DNA of 64,000 nt. It comes from Candidatus Babeliales bacterium (GTDB taxonomy: Bacteria; Babelota; Babeliae; Babelales; JANWKD01). Made by a program: the position numbers and the translations under genes. Where the stretch lies: positions 448,001 through 512,000 of the forward strand of contig OY969622.1 in the NCBI GenBank assembly GCA_963701665.1, read 5' to 3'. Of this stretch, positions 1 through 11,838 are shown piece by piece; the stretch's first letter is position 1, and each line of letters starts with the position of its first letter. The notes under the pieces are model-generated. The model did no database searches, was not told the origin of the DNA, and worked only from the letters and a program-made list of their open reading frames with translations.

Positions 1-1125
1 GTTTCATCAGCTGATGATGTCCGATTGTTACTTGAAGCTGGGGCACCTTTAACAGTGAAAGAAGATAATCAAGATGTAGAATATGTGGATTATGATGGTA
101 TTACACCTCTTGGAGCTTTGCTTTTGGGAGGTAAAGAAGATGCTGCAGTAGCTCTCCTAAAGTTTCTTGACGGTAACCCTGATTTGCTCAGCATGCATCT
201 CAATTCGCCTGGATCGGAAGTAATATCTATGACAAGAGAAAGAGGATTAAATGAAGTTTTTAAATGTCTAATGAGTCTCAAAAGTCTTAATGATGAGCAT
301 AAGGTCTCTAAAGGACAAAAGATATTACGTGATCAATTACCTAGGGAGGGAACGTTCGGGTTATCTGATGCTGAAATGCTTGCTCATGAGATGTCGGATG
401 TTCTCGATTCATTCAGAAATGGGTTATACCGTCTTGTGCGCTATCCAATAAAAAAAATGTACTTGGAAAACATTTTTGAGCGTGCATTGGGTCGTCATAA
501 TTTTGGCAATATGCCGTATATAGTTTCTAATTTGGTAAAAATTAAAAACTATATACTACCTAAAGCTAAGCATGAAAAAGATAATTGCGATTTAAATAGG
601 CTAATTCAAGAAGGTAATGTAGAAGCTGCATTGAATTTTGTTAATGATCTTGATGTTGATGTCGATCTTTCATATCAATATAACTATTTTTGGAGAACAC
701 CATTAATGGATGCAATCACTCATGGATATGTTGATGTAGCTTCAGCTATCATTGAGCGTGGAAAACAAAAAAATGATAAGACTTATATAAATAAACAAGA
801 TGGTCAGGGAAATACAGCTCTTAGATTAGCATTTAAAAATGCGCCAGGATTGCTAGGAAAATTAATTGAAAACGGTGCCGATGTTAATTATGGAAGAAAT
901 GATGATAATTGGTGTGTATTACGGCTAGCAATTTTACAATACTTTAAAGAATTCAATAATTTTGCAGAAATTAATGGTCAATTCATTAGGTTTTTACTTG
1001 ATAATGGCGCAATAGTTTTAGCAAAAGATATTGCATATTTTGACACCTTAACTGGGAAGCATGGCATGAACCCAGAATTAGTAGCAGACGTGAGAACCAT
1101 GTTGAGTGATAAGATGCAAGCTTAA
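1..1125 (+). CDS. Ankyrin repeat protein (5' end outside window)
   Basis: Ankyrin motifs GITPLGAL, RTPLMDAITHGYVDVASAII, DGQGNTALRLA, LIENGADVN; frame is open from base 1. Confidence 0.85.
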   Translation, partial: VSSADDVRLLLEAGAPLTVKEDNQDVEYVDYDGITPLGALLLGGKEDAAVALLKFLDGNPDLLSMHLNSPGSEVISMTRERGLNEVFKCLMSLKSLNDEHKVSKGQKILRDQLPREGTFGLSDAEMLAHEMSDVLDSFRNGLYRLVRYPIKKMYLENIFERALGRHNFGNMPYIVSNLVKIKNYILPKAKHEKDNCDLNRLIQEGNVEAALNFVNDLDVDVDLSYQYNYFWRTPLMDAITHGYVDVASAIIERGKQKNDKTYINKQDGQGNTALRLAFKNAPGLLGKLIENGADVNYGRNDDNWCVLRLAILQYFKEFNNFAEINGQFIRFLLDNGAIVLAKDIAYFDTLTGKHGMNPELVADVRTMLSDKMQA

Positions 1126-1142
1126 TCTTAATTGAATTCTAT

Positions 1143-1186
1143 AAAAAACGAGCGGAAGTGATTCACTTCCGCTCGTTTCATTTTTT
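1143..1186. terminator. Bidirectional intrinsic terminator
   Basis: Perfect 15-bp stem AAACGAGCGGAAGTG / CACTTCCGCTCGTTT with A-run before and T-run after, between convergent genes. Confidence 0.8.
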
Positions 1187-1640
1187 AACTCGCTCGTTCA
1201 ACAGAAGCTTGATTTAAAAACTTTTGCAACTGAAATATTGCTTCTTGTGCTAAAACAATCGAAGCTCCGCCGCCCACCGTGCACGCTAATCCTAATATTG
1301 CGGTGCCTAATCCACCGATGCGCGCTAAAGCATCACTTACGATGCCAACTGGCTGATGATTTTCATCAGTTTGCCCGGCACTTTGGGATGCACGATAACT
1401 TCCCAAAAGGGTTACAACTGATCCCGTTGCAACAAGCACTGCCCCTACATATATTAAAGCTTTCACACGATGATCATCTAATGAAGGTCTCGTTACCGCA
1501 TAATTGACCTTATTATTTACTGCATCTAGTGTATTGCCCAATGTTGTTAATGGATCCGGATAGAGAGTATTAATAAAAATGCCACTCAAAAGCGCGCAAA
1601 ATAAAAGTTTTTTCATAGTCTCTTTCATAGTTAGGTTCAT
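1185..1640 (-). CDS. Hypothetical secreted/membrane protein
   Basis: MKKLLFCALL signal-like N-terminus, two Gly-rich hydrophobic segments. Confidence 0.6.
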   Translation of the reverse strand: MNLTMKETMKKLLFCALLSGIFINTLYPDPLTTLGNTLDAVNNKVNYAVTRPSLDDHRVKALIYVGAVLVATGSVVTLLGSYRASQSAGQTDENHQPVGIVSDALARIGGLGTAILGLACTVGGGASIVLAQEAIFQLQKFLNQASVERAS

Positions 1641-1706
1641 CTATTTTTGCCATGTCACAGTATAAATTAACGCAAGCTCGATGTCACTATGCTGCGGGAA
1701 ATGCAT

Positions 1707-1823
1707 ATTGGAAAACAAAATTGTCATTGCGAGCGAATGCGTGGCAATCCAATTATAAAATTAGTTCCTTTAAGGGATTAATTAAAGTTTGGATCCCCAC
1801 GGCTAAAGCCTCGGGATGACATT
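1707..1823 (+). repeat. GTCAT...ATGAC dispersed palindromic repeat (MITE/REPIN-like), copy 1
   Basis: Near identical to 36877-36996; two different GC hairpins (GTCATTGCGAGCGAATGCGTGGCAATC and GGATCCCCACGGCTAAAGCCTCGGGATGAC) separated by an AT-rich linker. Confidence 0.9.
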
Positions 1824-1853
1824 CTCGTGCTCGCGTTCGAGCACATCGAGATG

Positions 1854-3440
1854 TCATTTCTTCGTTTGATTAAGCACATACAATATACCAATACATAGAC
1901 CGATGCCGATTGGTAAAGCGATCAAACTTAATTGTGTGTTATACATGCCAATGTATCCAGCAATCAGATATGCAACAGCACTTGCAATGAGGGCAGGTAA
2001 TGCATAGATAAGTTGCGTGTACACATGATCAGTATGATAAGCGCCGCTGCTTGTTGAAGACATCACGGTTGTGCTAGAAATAGGCGAAATATGATCACCC
2101 GCAATTGCGCCGGCAAATGCTGCACCGAGTAGTGGAAATAATAAGAGTACTTGATCAGGTGTTGTTGGCGTTTGCATATGAAGCAATTGTATAAGCATCG
2201 GCGTTGCAAGAGGAATCATGACGGCGATAGTGCCCCATGATGAGCCAATTGCAATTGAGGTAATGCCGGAGACAATAAAAAAGATGCACGGAAGTAGCGG
2301 CAAAATGGGTGCGCCACCTAAAAGCGAGGCAAGATATACGCCACTTTTTAAATCATGAATGAGCAAGCTACTAAATGTCCAAGCAAAAAATAAAATAGCG
2401 ACGGAAGGTCCCATGAGTTGAATGCCTTCACGGACCAATGATACAAAACTTGTTAGGGTAACTTTTCTTTTACTAACAAAATAAAAAAAGCTTGCACAGA
2501 GCGCGAACACAGTTCCTGTGCAGAGTGCAAAGAAAATATCAGTTCGTGCGAGTGCTTGTGTGAGAGAATAGGTGCCACCAAATACGTGGTAGCCTCCTGA
2601 GTATAAAATTGCTATAAAAACGGAAAGCAATAAAAGAACGATGGGTATAAAAAAATCATACAACGTGCCGTGATCAACAGGGCATATAGTTGCTTGTACA
2701 TTTTTGTGCGGTTGTTTGCCGCCATAGAGATTGCCAGTTTGCTGCGCGATCATCTCCTGCCGTTTCATAGGCCCAAATGATATGCGCCAGCGTACGATAT
2801 AAAATACTGAAGCGAGGGTGATGAACGAATAAAAAATATACGGAATAACATGAACATATAAAGAAAAAGGATCAGCTAAAATTAATGGTGCATCAGCATA
2901 ATCTTGTGAAATGCCCGATTTATGCAACTGCATGGTCAGCGTGGCAATCCAACTTGAAACGGGAATAAGCACCACTAATGGTGCTGCCATGGAATCAATT
3001 AAATAGGCGAGTTTGACCCGCGGAATTTTAAAACGATCGGTAAGTGGCCGCATAATGCACCCGACGGTGATGCTGCTGAAAAAATCGTCAAACAGAAGAA
3101 GGCATGATAAAAGAACACTCGCTGATTCGGCGCTTCTAGCATCAGAAACTTTTTTTGCCATGATTGTGCTATATGCCGAGGTTCCTCCCGTGTGACTTAA
3201 TAATGCAATGAGCGTGCCTAATGAAATGAGAAATATAAAGGTATATATATTATCAGCATTGAATATCTGTTTTTGTAAATTTTGTAATAACAAAACGAGC
3301 GTTTCATTAAATGAAAAACGCGCGACAATAAAGCACGCGCTTACAATTCCTAGGCAGAGCGAAAGAAGCACTCGTTTGGTGATAAAAGCGGTACTCAATA
3401 CAACCAAAGGAGGAATGAGACTAACCCAAGAATACTGCAT
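1854..3440 (-). CDS. Na+/H+ antiporter NhaC family protein
   Basis: SLIPPLVVL start, FDDFFS, GSSWGTIAVMIP, GDHISPISSTT motifs; many TM helices. Confidence 0.85.
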   Translation of the reverse strand: MQYSWVSLIPPLVVLSTAFITKRVLLSLCLGIVSACFIVARFSFNETLVLLLQNLQKQIFNADNIYTFIFLISLGTLIALLSHTGGTSAYSTIMAKKVSDARSAESASVLLSCLLLFDDFFSSITVGCIMRPLTDRFKIPRVKLAYLIDSMAAPLVVLIPVSSWIATLTMQLHKSGISQDYADAPLILADPFSLYVHVIPYIFYSFITLASVFYIVRWRISFGPMKRQEMIAQQTGNLYGGKQPHKNVQATICPVDHGTLYDFFIPIVLLLLSVFIAILYSGGYHVFGGTYSLTQALARTDIFFALCTGTVFALCASFFYFVSKRKVTLTSFVSLVREGIQLMGPSVAILFFAWTFSSLLIHDLKSGVYLASLLGGAPILPLLPCIFFIVSGITSIAIGSSWGTIAVMIPLATPMLIQLLHMQTPTTPDQVLLLFPLLGAAFAGAIAGDHISPISSTTVMSSTSSGAYHTDHVYTQLIYALPALIASAVAYLIAGYIGMYNTQLSLIALPIGIGLCIGILYVLNQTKK

Positions 3441-3529
3441 ATAAAAGGCTCCTAAAAAATCGTGTGTTAATTACATTACTATTAGTATAAAATTAAAAAT
3501 GATTCTTGCCTAGAATTGGGCATTTTTAT

Positions 3530-3558
3530 TTGACCTATCTAATAAATTTCTTTACTAT
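3530..3558 (+). promoter_or_regulatory. Putative sigma70 promoter of rplM
   Basis: TTGACC-17nt-TACTAT. Confidence 0.5.
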
Positions 3559-3623
3559 AAAGAACAAGTACCTGTTCGTTTTTAAGCACCATTTCCTGTC
3601 AGAAAGCACAATAAGGATTTTTT

Positions 3624-4067
3624 ATGGATATGAATAAGGCGTTCTTTTTAAAAAAAGAAGATAGAAAGCCTAGCTGGAAAGTAATCGATGCAAAAGGAAA
3701 AATTTTGGGAAGATTGGCTACCCTGATAGCTGATACTTTGCAAGGCAAACTTAAACCAGAATTTACCCGTCACACTGATGCTGGCGATTACGTTGTTGTT
3801 ATTAACGCAAAAGAAGTTGTTTTGAGTGGTAACAAAATGGCAAACAAGCAATATGACCGTTACACAGGGTATATCGGTGGTTTAAGATCAAGAACAGCAC
3901 AAGAAATAATGGATAAAAACCCTGCAGAGCTTATTGAATTGGCAGTTAAGCGCATGCTACCTAAAACAAAGATGGGCAAAGCAATGCAAGATAAATTAAA
4001 AGTTTATCCTGGTGCTGAACACCCACATCAGGCACAAACCGGTGTGAAAGCTGCACCCGCTGCATAA
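3624..4067 (+). CDS. rplM: 50S ribosomal protein L13
   Basis: WKVIDAKGKILGRLA, GDYVVVINA, RMLPK, KLKVYPGAEHPHQAQ. Confidence 0.97.
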   Translation: MDMNKAFFLKKEDRKPSWKVIDAKGKILGRLATLIADTLQGKLKPEFTRHTDAGDYVVVINAKEVVLSGNKMANKQYDRYTGYIGGLRSRTAQEIMDKNPAELIELAVKRMLPKTKMGKAMQDKLKVYPGAEHPHQAQTGVKAAPAA

Positions 4068-4085
4068 GATCCTTCATTAAAAGAT

Positions 4086-4120
4086 AAAAAAAAGACCCGC
4101 GAAAAACGCGGGTCTTTTTG
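4086..4120. terminator. Bidirectional intrinsic terminator
   Basis: AAAAAAAGACCCGCG-AAAAA-CGCGGGTCTTTTT between convergent rplM and rseP. Confidence 0.85.
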
Positions 4121-4137
4121 CTTTAAAATTAGCGCAA

Positions 4138-5250
4138 TTAACATTTCCAGAAAATTTTTGTGATGTCCTTAAAGGTAAGGTAGATTACGAGGAGTAAAAC
4201 GAGCAACCAGCTTGCATAATGAACATATTCGCGCACGCGGTCTGGTAATGGACGTCGAATGAGTGCCTCAATGGTATAATACAATGCCTGGCCACCATCT
4301 AGAATAGGCAGTGGGAAGATGTTAATAAAGGCAAGGTTGATGCTAATAAATGCCAGAATTAATATGAGCATACTAAATCCTTGCTCAGCACCTTTAATTG
4401 TTTGATGAATAATCATAAAAGGGCCGCCAAGATTGTTAAATTTTCGTTCTACAAATATCCCTTTGAATGCCTTTGATACCTGATAAATAATGTAATGGGT
4501 TGCGCCTATGCTTTTTTTAATCGATGTGAAAAAATCATAGCGCGGTACAACAAAATCGATGCCTAAAAAACCAACGGAAGTGCCATTACATTCTTTTGAA
4601 CCAATCATAACATCGAGGGTTTTTTGTTCATGGTTACGCTCGACAAGAAATTTTGCTTGCGCGTTTGGCAAAGTTTTGATCAGCTCTAATACATCTTGCG
4701 CATTGTGCACAGGGGTATTGTTAATTGAGATGATGGTATCAGAAGGAGCTAAAGAGGATTTTGCAGCAGGAGTATCGGGTAAAACGGTATCAACGGTTGT
4801 GGATGCGCTGTAGTGGTATAAAATGGGAGATTTTGGCATACCCCAAAAATACAGCATAGTGAGAGCAAAATAGGCAAAAATGAGATTAAAGAGGATACCC
4901 CCTGCCATAACCAGCATCTTTTGATAATAGGGCTTATTTGCAAATGAATACTTATCATTGCGATATGCTTCTTTTTGTTCCCCCTGGCCCATTTCTGCAT
5001 TGCCTGCTATTTCCACGTAGCCGCCTACAGGAAACGCAGATAGAGAGAATTCTGTTTGCCCAATTTTTTTCTTGAAGATACGGGGCCCCATACCAATTGA
5101 AAATGAAGGAGTGCTGATCCCGAAGATCTTGCAAAACGTGAAATGGCCTAATTCATGAAAGCCGATAATAAACCCAATGCCTAAAAGCCCTATAACGATG
5201 AACAAGGCACTTTGTGCATAGGTAACCAAAAAAGAAATGAGATCAGGCAT
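4138..5250 (-). CDS. rseP: RIP metalloprotease RseP (M50, PDZ domain)
   Basis: HELGH zinc motif, FSIGMGP, GGYV, PDZ segment, NIFPLPILDGG. Confidence 0.92.
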   Translation of the reverse strand: MPDLISFLVTYAQSALFIVIGLLGIGFIIGFHELGHFTFCKIFGISTPSFSIGMGPRIFKKKIGQTEFSLSAFPVGGYVEIAGNAEMGQGEQKEAYRNDKYSFANKPYYQKMLVMAGGILFNLIFAYFALTMLYFWGMPKSPILYHYSASTTVDTVLPDTPAAKSSLAPSDTIISINNTPVHNAQDVLELIKTLPNAQAKFLVERNHEQKTLDVMIGSKECNGTSVGFLGIDFVVPRYDFFTSIKKSIGATHYIIYQVSKAFKGIFVERKFNNLGGPFMIIHQTIKGAEQGFSMLILILAFISINLAFINIFPLPILDGGQALYYTIEALIRRPLPDRVREYVHYASWLLVLLLVIYLTFKDITKIFWKC

Positions 5251-5647
5251 AAAAACTCCTTATGGCCTTATTAAATTCATAGATGTTACACGTGATTATT
5301 AAAGTATCAATAAGAACGCAATAAGTCTATGCTGCCGTATGAGTTTTCTTTGGTTTAGACTGGTTCACCGGCTTTTATAGGTAAGAGGGGGGGCGCCAGC
5401 TTCCCGCCTAGTCATTTTTATGGTAGGATTTCTCGCATTTGGCTCGTCAAAAAAAAAATATAATATGCAATATTTTTCTGATGAAAAAAATGATCATGAT
5501 TTCTGTAATCAATTCCACTTGAAAAAATTAATAAAAAGGTTAAAATAAATGTATCCTTAACTACATGATTCGTCGAACGAAACTCAAGTAACAGGCAGTT
5601 AAAATAATGTTTTTCAAAATTTATCTTCTAAATTTTAGGATTGTATA

Positions 5648-6034
5648 ATGCCTACCATAACACAGCTAGCTCATAAAGGGCGTACGAAAGTTAAATATAA
5701 ATCAAAGAGTCCTGCGTTAAAAAATGCTCCTCAAGCACGCGGGGTCTGTTTGCGTGTTTCTACTATGACACCAAAAAAACCAAACTCAGCGCTTCGTAAA
5801 GTAGCCCGTGTTAAGCTTTCAACAGGTATAGAAGTAACTGCCTATATACCAGGCGAGGGGCATAACCTACAGGAGCACTCTGTTGTATTGGTTCGTGGCG
5901 GCAAAGTAAAAGATTTGCCAGGTGTTAAATATCATATCGTTCGTGGCACCTTAGACACTGCTGGGGTAGAGAACAGAAAGCAAAGCCGTTCATTGTATGG
6001 CGCAAAAATGCCTAAAGCTAAGGAAGGTAAATAA
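5648..6034 (+). CDS. rpsL: 30S ribosomal protein S12
   Basis: [24 protein letters not shown]. Confidence 0.99.
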   Translation: MPTITQLAHKGRTKVKYKSKSPALKNAPQARGVCLRVSTMTPKKPNSALRKVARVKLSTGIEVTAYIPGEGHNLQEHSVVLVRGGKVKDLPGVKYHIVRGTLDTAGVENRKQSRSLYGAKMPKAKEGK

Positions 6035-6516
6035 TGTCACGACGTAAATCAGTAAATTATAAAAGAGAAATTGGCGTTGACGAACGCTTTGGCTCAGAAA
6101 TCATTCAAAAGCTTATAAACGTAACTATGTGGCGTGGTAAGAAAAATGTTGCCCGTACTATTGTTTATGAAGCTATTGAAAAGTTCATTAAAAAAGCTGG
6201 TGGCGATCAAAATAAAGGTCTTACCATTTTCTTTAAGGCTTTTGATCAATTGGTGCCAGCCGTTGAGGTTAGACCACGCCGTGTGGGTGGTAGCGTTTAT
6301 CAAATCCCTACTGAAGTAAGGCCTGATAGAGCGCGTGCTCTTGCAATACGTTGGTTATTGGGGGCAGCAAAATCACGCTCAGGGGAAACCATGGGCGCAA
6401 AATTAGCTGATGAGTTGCTTGAAGCGTATGAGGGTCGTGGAAATGCCATCAAGAAAAAAGTTGATGTGCATCGAATGGCAGAAGCAAACAGAGCGTTCTC
6501 TCATTATGCATGGTAG
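6034..6516 (+). CDS. rpsG: 30S ribosomal protein S7
   Basis: RRVGGSVYQIP, HRMAEANRAFSHY. Confidence 0.98.
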   Translation: MSRRKSVNYKREIGVDERFGSEIIQKLINVTMWRGKKNVARTIVYEAIEKFIKKAGGDQNKGLTIFFKAFDQLVPAVEVRPRRVGGSVYQIPTEVRPDRARALAIRWLLGAAKSRSGETMGAKLADELLEAYEGRGNAIKKKVDVHRMAEANRAFSHYAW

Positions 6517-6531
6517 CGGTAGGGGTTACTC

Positions 6532-8604
6532 ATGAGTTCTAAGTTAGAAAAATATAGAAATATAGGTATCGCCGCTCATATTGATGCAGGCAAAACTACA
6601 GTTACTGAACGTATTTTGTTTTATACCGGTATTACCCATAAAATTGGTGAAGTTCATGAAGGCGAAGCTATTATGGACTGGATGGAGCAAGAGCGTGAGC
6701 GTGGTATTACCATTACTTCCGCTGCAACAACATGTATATGGAAAGACTATAATATCAATATTATTGATACTCCAGGGCACGTTGATTTTACTATTGAAGT
6801 AGGTCGTTCATTGCGTGTTCTTGATGGCATGGTGGGCGTTTTTTGTGGTGTTGCAGGTGTTCAGCCTCAGTCTGAAACAGTATGGCGCCAAGCAAATCGA
6901 TATAGGGTTCCTCGTATTATATTTGTTAATAAATTAGATCGTATTGGCGCGGATTATTTCAGAGTTGTTGATCGATATTAATGAAAAATTACGAGTGAAT
7001 GCAGTTCCTATGCAAATGCCGGTTGGTGAATCTGAAAATTTTTCATGCAATTATTGATTTGTTCACACGTAAAATGGCGACTTTTCGAGGGCGATCAAGG
7101 ATTAACGGTTTCTTGGCAGGAAGTTCCTGCAGAATATAAAGAAAGAGTTGAAGTATTTGAGAAATAAACTGATCGAAAAGTCATGTGATTTTGATGACGC
7201 TCTTGCAGAAAAATTTTTAAATGAAGAAGAGATTTCAATTGAAGAAGTAAAGGCTGCATTGCGCAAGGGAACTATTAAGCGTGAAATCGCACTAGCTTTT
7301 GCTGGAACTGCTTTTAAAAATAAAGGTGTTCAGCTCATGCTTGATGGCGTTGATTGATTATTTGCCATCTCCTTTAGATATTCCTCCGGTTAAAGGTATG
7401 AATCCTGATACGCAAAAAGAAGAAACAACGAAAAGCTGATGATAATGAGCCATTTCAGTGCTCTTGCATTTAAAATTATGACCGATCCTTTTGTTGGTAT
7501 TTTAACGTTTATTCGTGTTTATTCTGGTGATCTTAAAGCAGGTTCATATGTATATAATGTAAGTACAGGCAATAAAGAACGCGTAAGTCGTTTCGTTAAA
7601 ATGCATGCAAATAAGCGAGAAGAAATTGAATCAGTTGGAGCAGGTGATATTGCTGCTGTTGTTGGTATTAAGAGATGTAATAACAGGTGATACTTTGTGC
7701 TGAAGAAGACAATCCAATATTACTTGAAACAATTGATGTTCCACCTCCAGTTATTTCTACTTCAGTTGAGCCAAAAAATAAAGCTGATTATGAAAAGATG
7801 GTTCTTGCTTTGCGAAAGATGATGCAAGAAGATCCATCATTTAATTTTCTTATAATCAAGAAACTGGCCAGACGTTATTACAGGTATGGGTGAGTTGCAT
7901 CTTGAAATTATTGTTGATCGTTTAAAACGTGAACATAAAGTTGAAGTTGTTCAAGGTAAATTCCAAGTTGCTTATAAAGAAACAATTCAAAAGCCTGTTG
8001 ATGCTGAAGGTAAATACATCAAACAATCTGGTGGTAAAGGTCAATATGGTCACGTTTGGATTAATCTTGAGCCACTTGAGCGTGGTAAAGGTTATAATTT
8101 TGAAGATAAAGTTGTTGGTGGAACAATTCCAAGAGAATTTATTCCTGGTGTTGAAAAAGGGTTGCTTGAAGCACTCAACTACTGGTGTTCTGGGTGGATA
8201 TCCTGTTGTTGATGTTAAAGTTGCACTTACTGATGGTTCATATCATGATGTTGACTCTTCTGAATTGGCATTTAAAATTGCTGCTTCGATGGCGTTTAAA
8301 AGTGGTATGACAAAAGCTTCTCCGGTACTTCTTGAACCTATTATGAAGGTTGAAGTTGAAACACCAGAAGAATACATGGGTGATGTGATGGGTGATTTAA
8401 ATTCTCGTCGAGGAAGAATTTTAGGCATGGAAGCAAGGCAGGTGGATCACAGCTAATTACTGCTGAAGTTCCACTTGGAGAAATGTTTGGATATGCAACA
8501 AGTTGCGTTCCATGACCAAAGGTCGTGCGAGTTATTCAATGGAATTTGAATGTTATCGAGAAGTGCCAAAGAATGTACAAGAAAAAATTCTCGAAAAGAA
8601 ATAG
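6532..8604 (+). CDS. fusA: Elongation factor G (several apparent frameshifts, probably sequence errors)
   Basis: [53 protein letters not shown] spread over consecutive ORF fragments. Confidence 0.93.
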
Positions 8605-8645
8605 TATTGTTTAATAATTAGAGATGTCTGTTAGGAGAATTTACA

Positions 8646-9837
8646 ATGGCAAAAGATATATTTGAACGAAAAAAGCCTCATGTAAACATTGGAACTATTG
8701 GTCACGTTGACCATGGTAAAACAACATTAACTGCTGCAATTACCACAGTGCAAGCAAAAAAAGGACTGCGCAACTCTAAAGCTTTGATCAAATCGATAAT
8801 GCTCCAGAAGAAAAAGCACGTGGTATTACTATTGCAACATCACACGTTGAATATGAAACAGCAAAGCGTCACTATGCGCACGTTGACTGTCCTGGTCACG
8901 CTGACTATGTAAAAAACATGATCACTGGTGCTGCTCAAATGGATGGTGCAATTTTGGTAGTATCAGCAGCTGATGGTGCGATGCCTCAAACTCGTGAACA
9001 TATTTTGCTTGCAAAAAACGTTGGTGTTCCTGCACTTGTTGTTTCTTGAATAAAGTTGACATGGTTGATGATCCTGAAATGATCGACATGGTTGAAGAAG
9101 AAATTCGAGATCTTTTGAAAAAATATGATTTCCCTGGCGATAAAATTCCTGTTATTCGTGGATCAGCATTAAAAGCATTGAGAGGTGATAAAGAGTGAAC
9201 TTGGTGTTCAAGCTATTGAAAAATTGATGGATGCAGTTGATACTTATATTCCTGAACCAAATCGTGAAATTGATAAACCATTCTTAATGCCAGTTGAAGG
9301 TGTATTCTCAATTTCAGGTCGTGGTACTGTTGCAACAGGTAGAATTGAACGAGGAAAAGTTAAAGTTGGTGAAGAAGTTGAAATTGTTGGTTTTGGTAGC
9401 ACAGTAAAAACAACCGTAACTGGTGTTGAAATGTTCAGAAAAGAACTTAAAGAAGGTCAAGCTGGTGATAACGTTGGATTACTTCTTCGTGGTGTTAAAA
9501 AAGAAGATATTGAACGTGGTATGGTTATTGCAAAACCAGGTTCAGTTAACCCTCATAAAAAATTCAAATGTAAAGTATATATTCTTAACTAAAGATGAAG
9601 GTGGTCGTCATAGCCCATTCTTTAATGGATATCGTCCGCAATTTTATTTCAGAACAACAGACGTTACTGGTATTGTGACATTGCCAGCAGGCCGTGAAAT
9701 GGTTATGCCTGGTGATAACGTTGAATTGACAGTTGAATTGATTTCACCAATTGCAATGGAAAAAGATCTTACGTTTTGCAATTCGTGAAGGTGGCAGAAC
9801 AGTTGGATCTGGTGTTGTAACTGAAATTTTAAAGTAA
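8646..9837 (+). CDS. tuf: Elongation factor Tu (apparent frameshifts)
   Basis: [51 protein letters not shown]; ends [13 protein letters not shown]. Confidence 0.95.
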
Positions 9838-9850
9838 GTTGGGTTATTGA

Positions 9851-10156
9851 ATGAAAAAACAAAAAATTCGTTTAACATTAAAATCATACGATCATCAATT
9901 ATTCGATAAAGCGGTAAAGCAAATTGTTTTGACAGCTAAAAGAACAGGATCTCAAATTATGGGTCCTGTTCCTCTTCCTAATAAAAAGCGTTGTTTTACC
10001 GTGTTGCGTTCACCGCATGTTGATAAAAAATCACGAGAGCAATTTGAATTAACAACGCATAGACGTATTTTAGATATTGTTTCTCCATCTGATCAAACAA
10101 TGGATGCTCTTATGAAGTTAAATATATCATCTGGTGTTGATGTTGAAATTAGATAA
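9851..10156 (+). CDS. rpsJ: 30S ribosomal protein S10
   Basis: [20 protein letters not shown]. Confidence 0.98.
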   Translation: MKKQKIRLTLKSYDHQLFDKAVKQIVLTAKRTGSQIMGPVPLPNKKRCFTVLRSPHVDKKSREQFELTTHRRILDIVSPSDQTMDALMKLNISSGVDVEIR

Positions 10157-10174
10157 GATTAGAAAGGTCATTCA

Positions 10175-10800
10175 ATGGTCAAAAAGTATTGTGGGTAAAA
10201 AAATAGGAATGACCCAGATTTTCTCTGATAAAGATAAAGTAGTTCCGGTTACTGCTATCGATGTAGCTAATTGGATTGTTACCGATATCAAAACTACAAG
10301 AACGTGATGGTTATAATGCTGTTCAGGTTGGATCATTAAGAAAAAAGTATATCGACAAACATTTTTCTAATAGTTGGCTAAAAAAGCCAGAAAAAATATT
10401 TTACGGTAATGAGTGAAGTTGATACCTGATGCACCTGAAAGATCTTGCAGTTGGGCAACAGGTTGATTTTTCAAACGTTTTTGCCAGTTGGCGATATGTC
10501 GATGTAATTGGGACAACAAAGGACGTCGGTTTTCAAGGTGTGGTAAAGCGACAGGTTTTACTGGGGGTCGAGCAAGTCACGGTCCGCGTTTTGGTAAGAA
10601 TCCCTGGCTCTATAGGTTTTATGAGATCTCAGGGGCGTGTTATTAAAGGAAAAAATTACCTGGTCACTATGGGTAATGTTCAACGAGTTATGAAGAAACT
10701 TGAAATTATTAAAATTGAACCCGAAGCAAAAGTTGTTTTTGTTAAAGGATCGGTTCCTGGCAGTTCAGGTTCATTGGTATTTATGCAAAAGTATAGGTAA
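10175..10800 (+). CDS. rplC: 50S ribosomal protein L3 (apparent frameshifts)
   Basis: GKKIGMTQIF and DGYNAVQVG readable in DNA; VDVIGTTK, PGSIG, VKGSVPG in the ORF fragment; synteny. Confidence 0.88.
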
Positions 10801-10803
10801 ACA

Positions 10804-11465
10804 ATGTCTGCTCAGAAAAAAAATGACAGTCTCCAGTCAATGACCGTGGAGCTAAAACAAGCGTAACGCTTGAGACATTGGGAATCGATGTCGAAAAAAA
10901 TATAGCTGAACTCAGTAGGATTTTCTATATGGGTTCGTGCATTACTACAAAATTGGCGACAAGGAACTGTTGGTGTAAAAGGGCGATCCGAAGTTAGTTT
11001 CTCAAATAAGAAACCTTGGAAGCAAAAAGGTACTGGTAGAGCGCGTGCAGGATCTGCTCGTTCACCATTATGGCGTGGTGGTGGCGTAATCTTTGGACCT
11101 CGAGCCAAGAACACGTACGCTGAAAATTTCTAAGAAATTGAAAAAAGGTATTATGAATACGCTGTTTTGGCAGCACTTAGAAGCCGATAAGATTCATCTT
11201 ATCGATTGGACAAATTACGGCGTCAAAACCTTCTAACAACGCAAGCGTATCAGCTTTTAAAAAACAACGGCATGTTAGATAAAAAAGTTTCTATCTTTGT
11301 CCCGATTAATGATATGTTGACCTATGCATCTTTTATCAACATTCCAAATGTACAAGTTTTATTTTTTGATGAAGCTAATGCATATGATTTGTTGCTGGAA
11401 ATCATTGGGTTGTGTTTCAAAAAGATTTGGACTCTTTTAAAGAAATGGTTTCGAAATGGGATTAA
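10804..11465 (+). CDS. rplD: 50S ribosomal protein L4 (apparent frameshifts)
   Basis: [46 protein letters not shown] encoded at ~10950-11100. Confidence 0.88.
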
Positions 11466-11816
11466 AATTAACTGACTATGATATTATTCGTGGTCCTATA
11501 ATCACTGAAAAAGCATCTAAATTGCTGAATAGCTTAAAAAAATTACATTTTTAGTTCATCCAGAAGCGAACAAGCCGATGATTGCGAAGCTCTTGAGAAA
11601 CTTTTTAACGTAAAAGTTAAGAATGTGAGAACGAGTGTGCGTAAAGGAAAAGTACGTAGATTCAAAAGACTTGAAACGCGCGGAATCTTAACAAAACGCG
11701 CAATTGTCACATTGAAAGATTCTCAATCTTTTGATACACTTACTCAACAGGGTGTTGGGGGTGTAATGGCTGAACAAAGCTCGTCATTTGGCACGCACGA
11801 ACAAACAAAAGAATGA
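11456..11816 (+). CDS. rplW: 50S ribosomal protein L23 (apparent frameshifts)
   Basis: YDIIRGPIITEKAS at start, KGKVRRF..KRAIVTLK at end; synteny. Confidence 0.85.
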
Positions 11817-11838
11817 TGTATACTAAAGGTAAACTATA

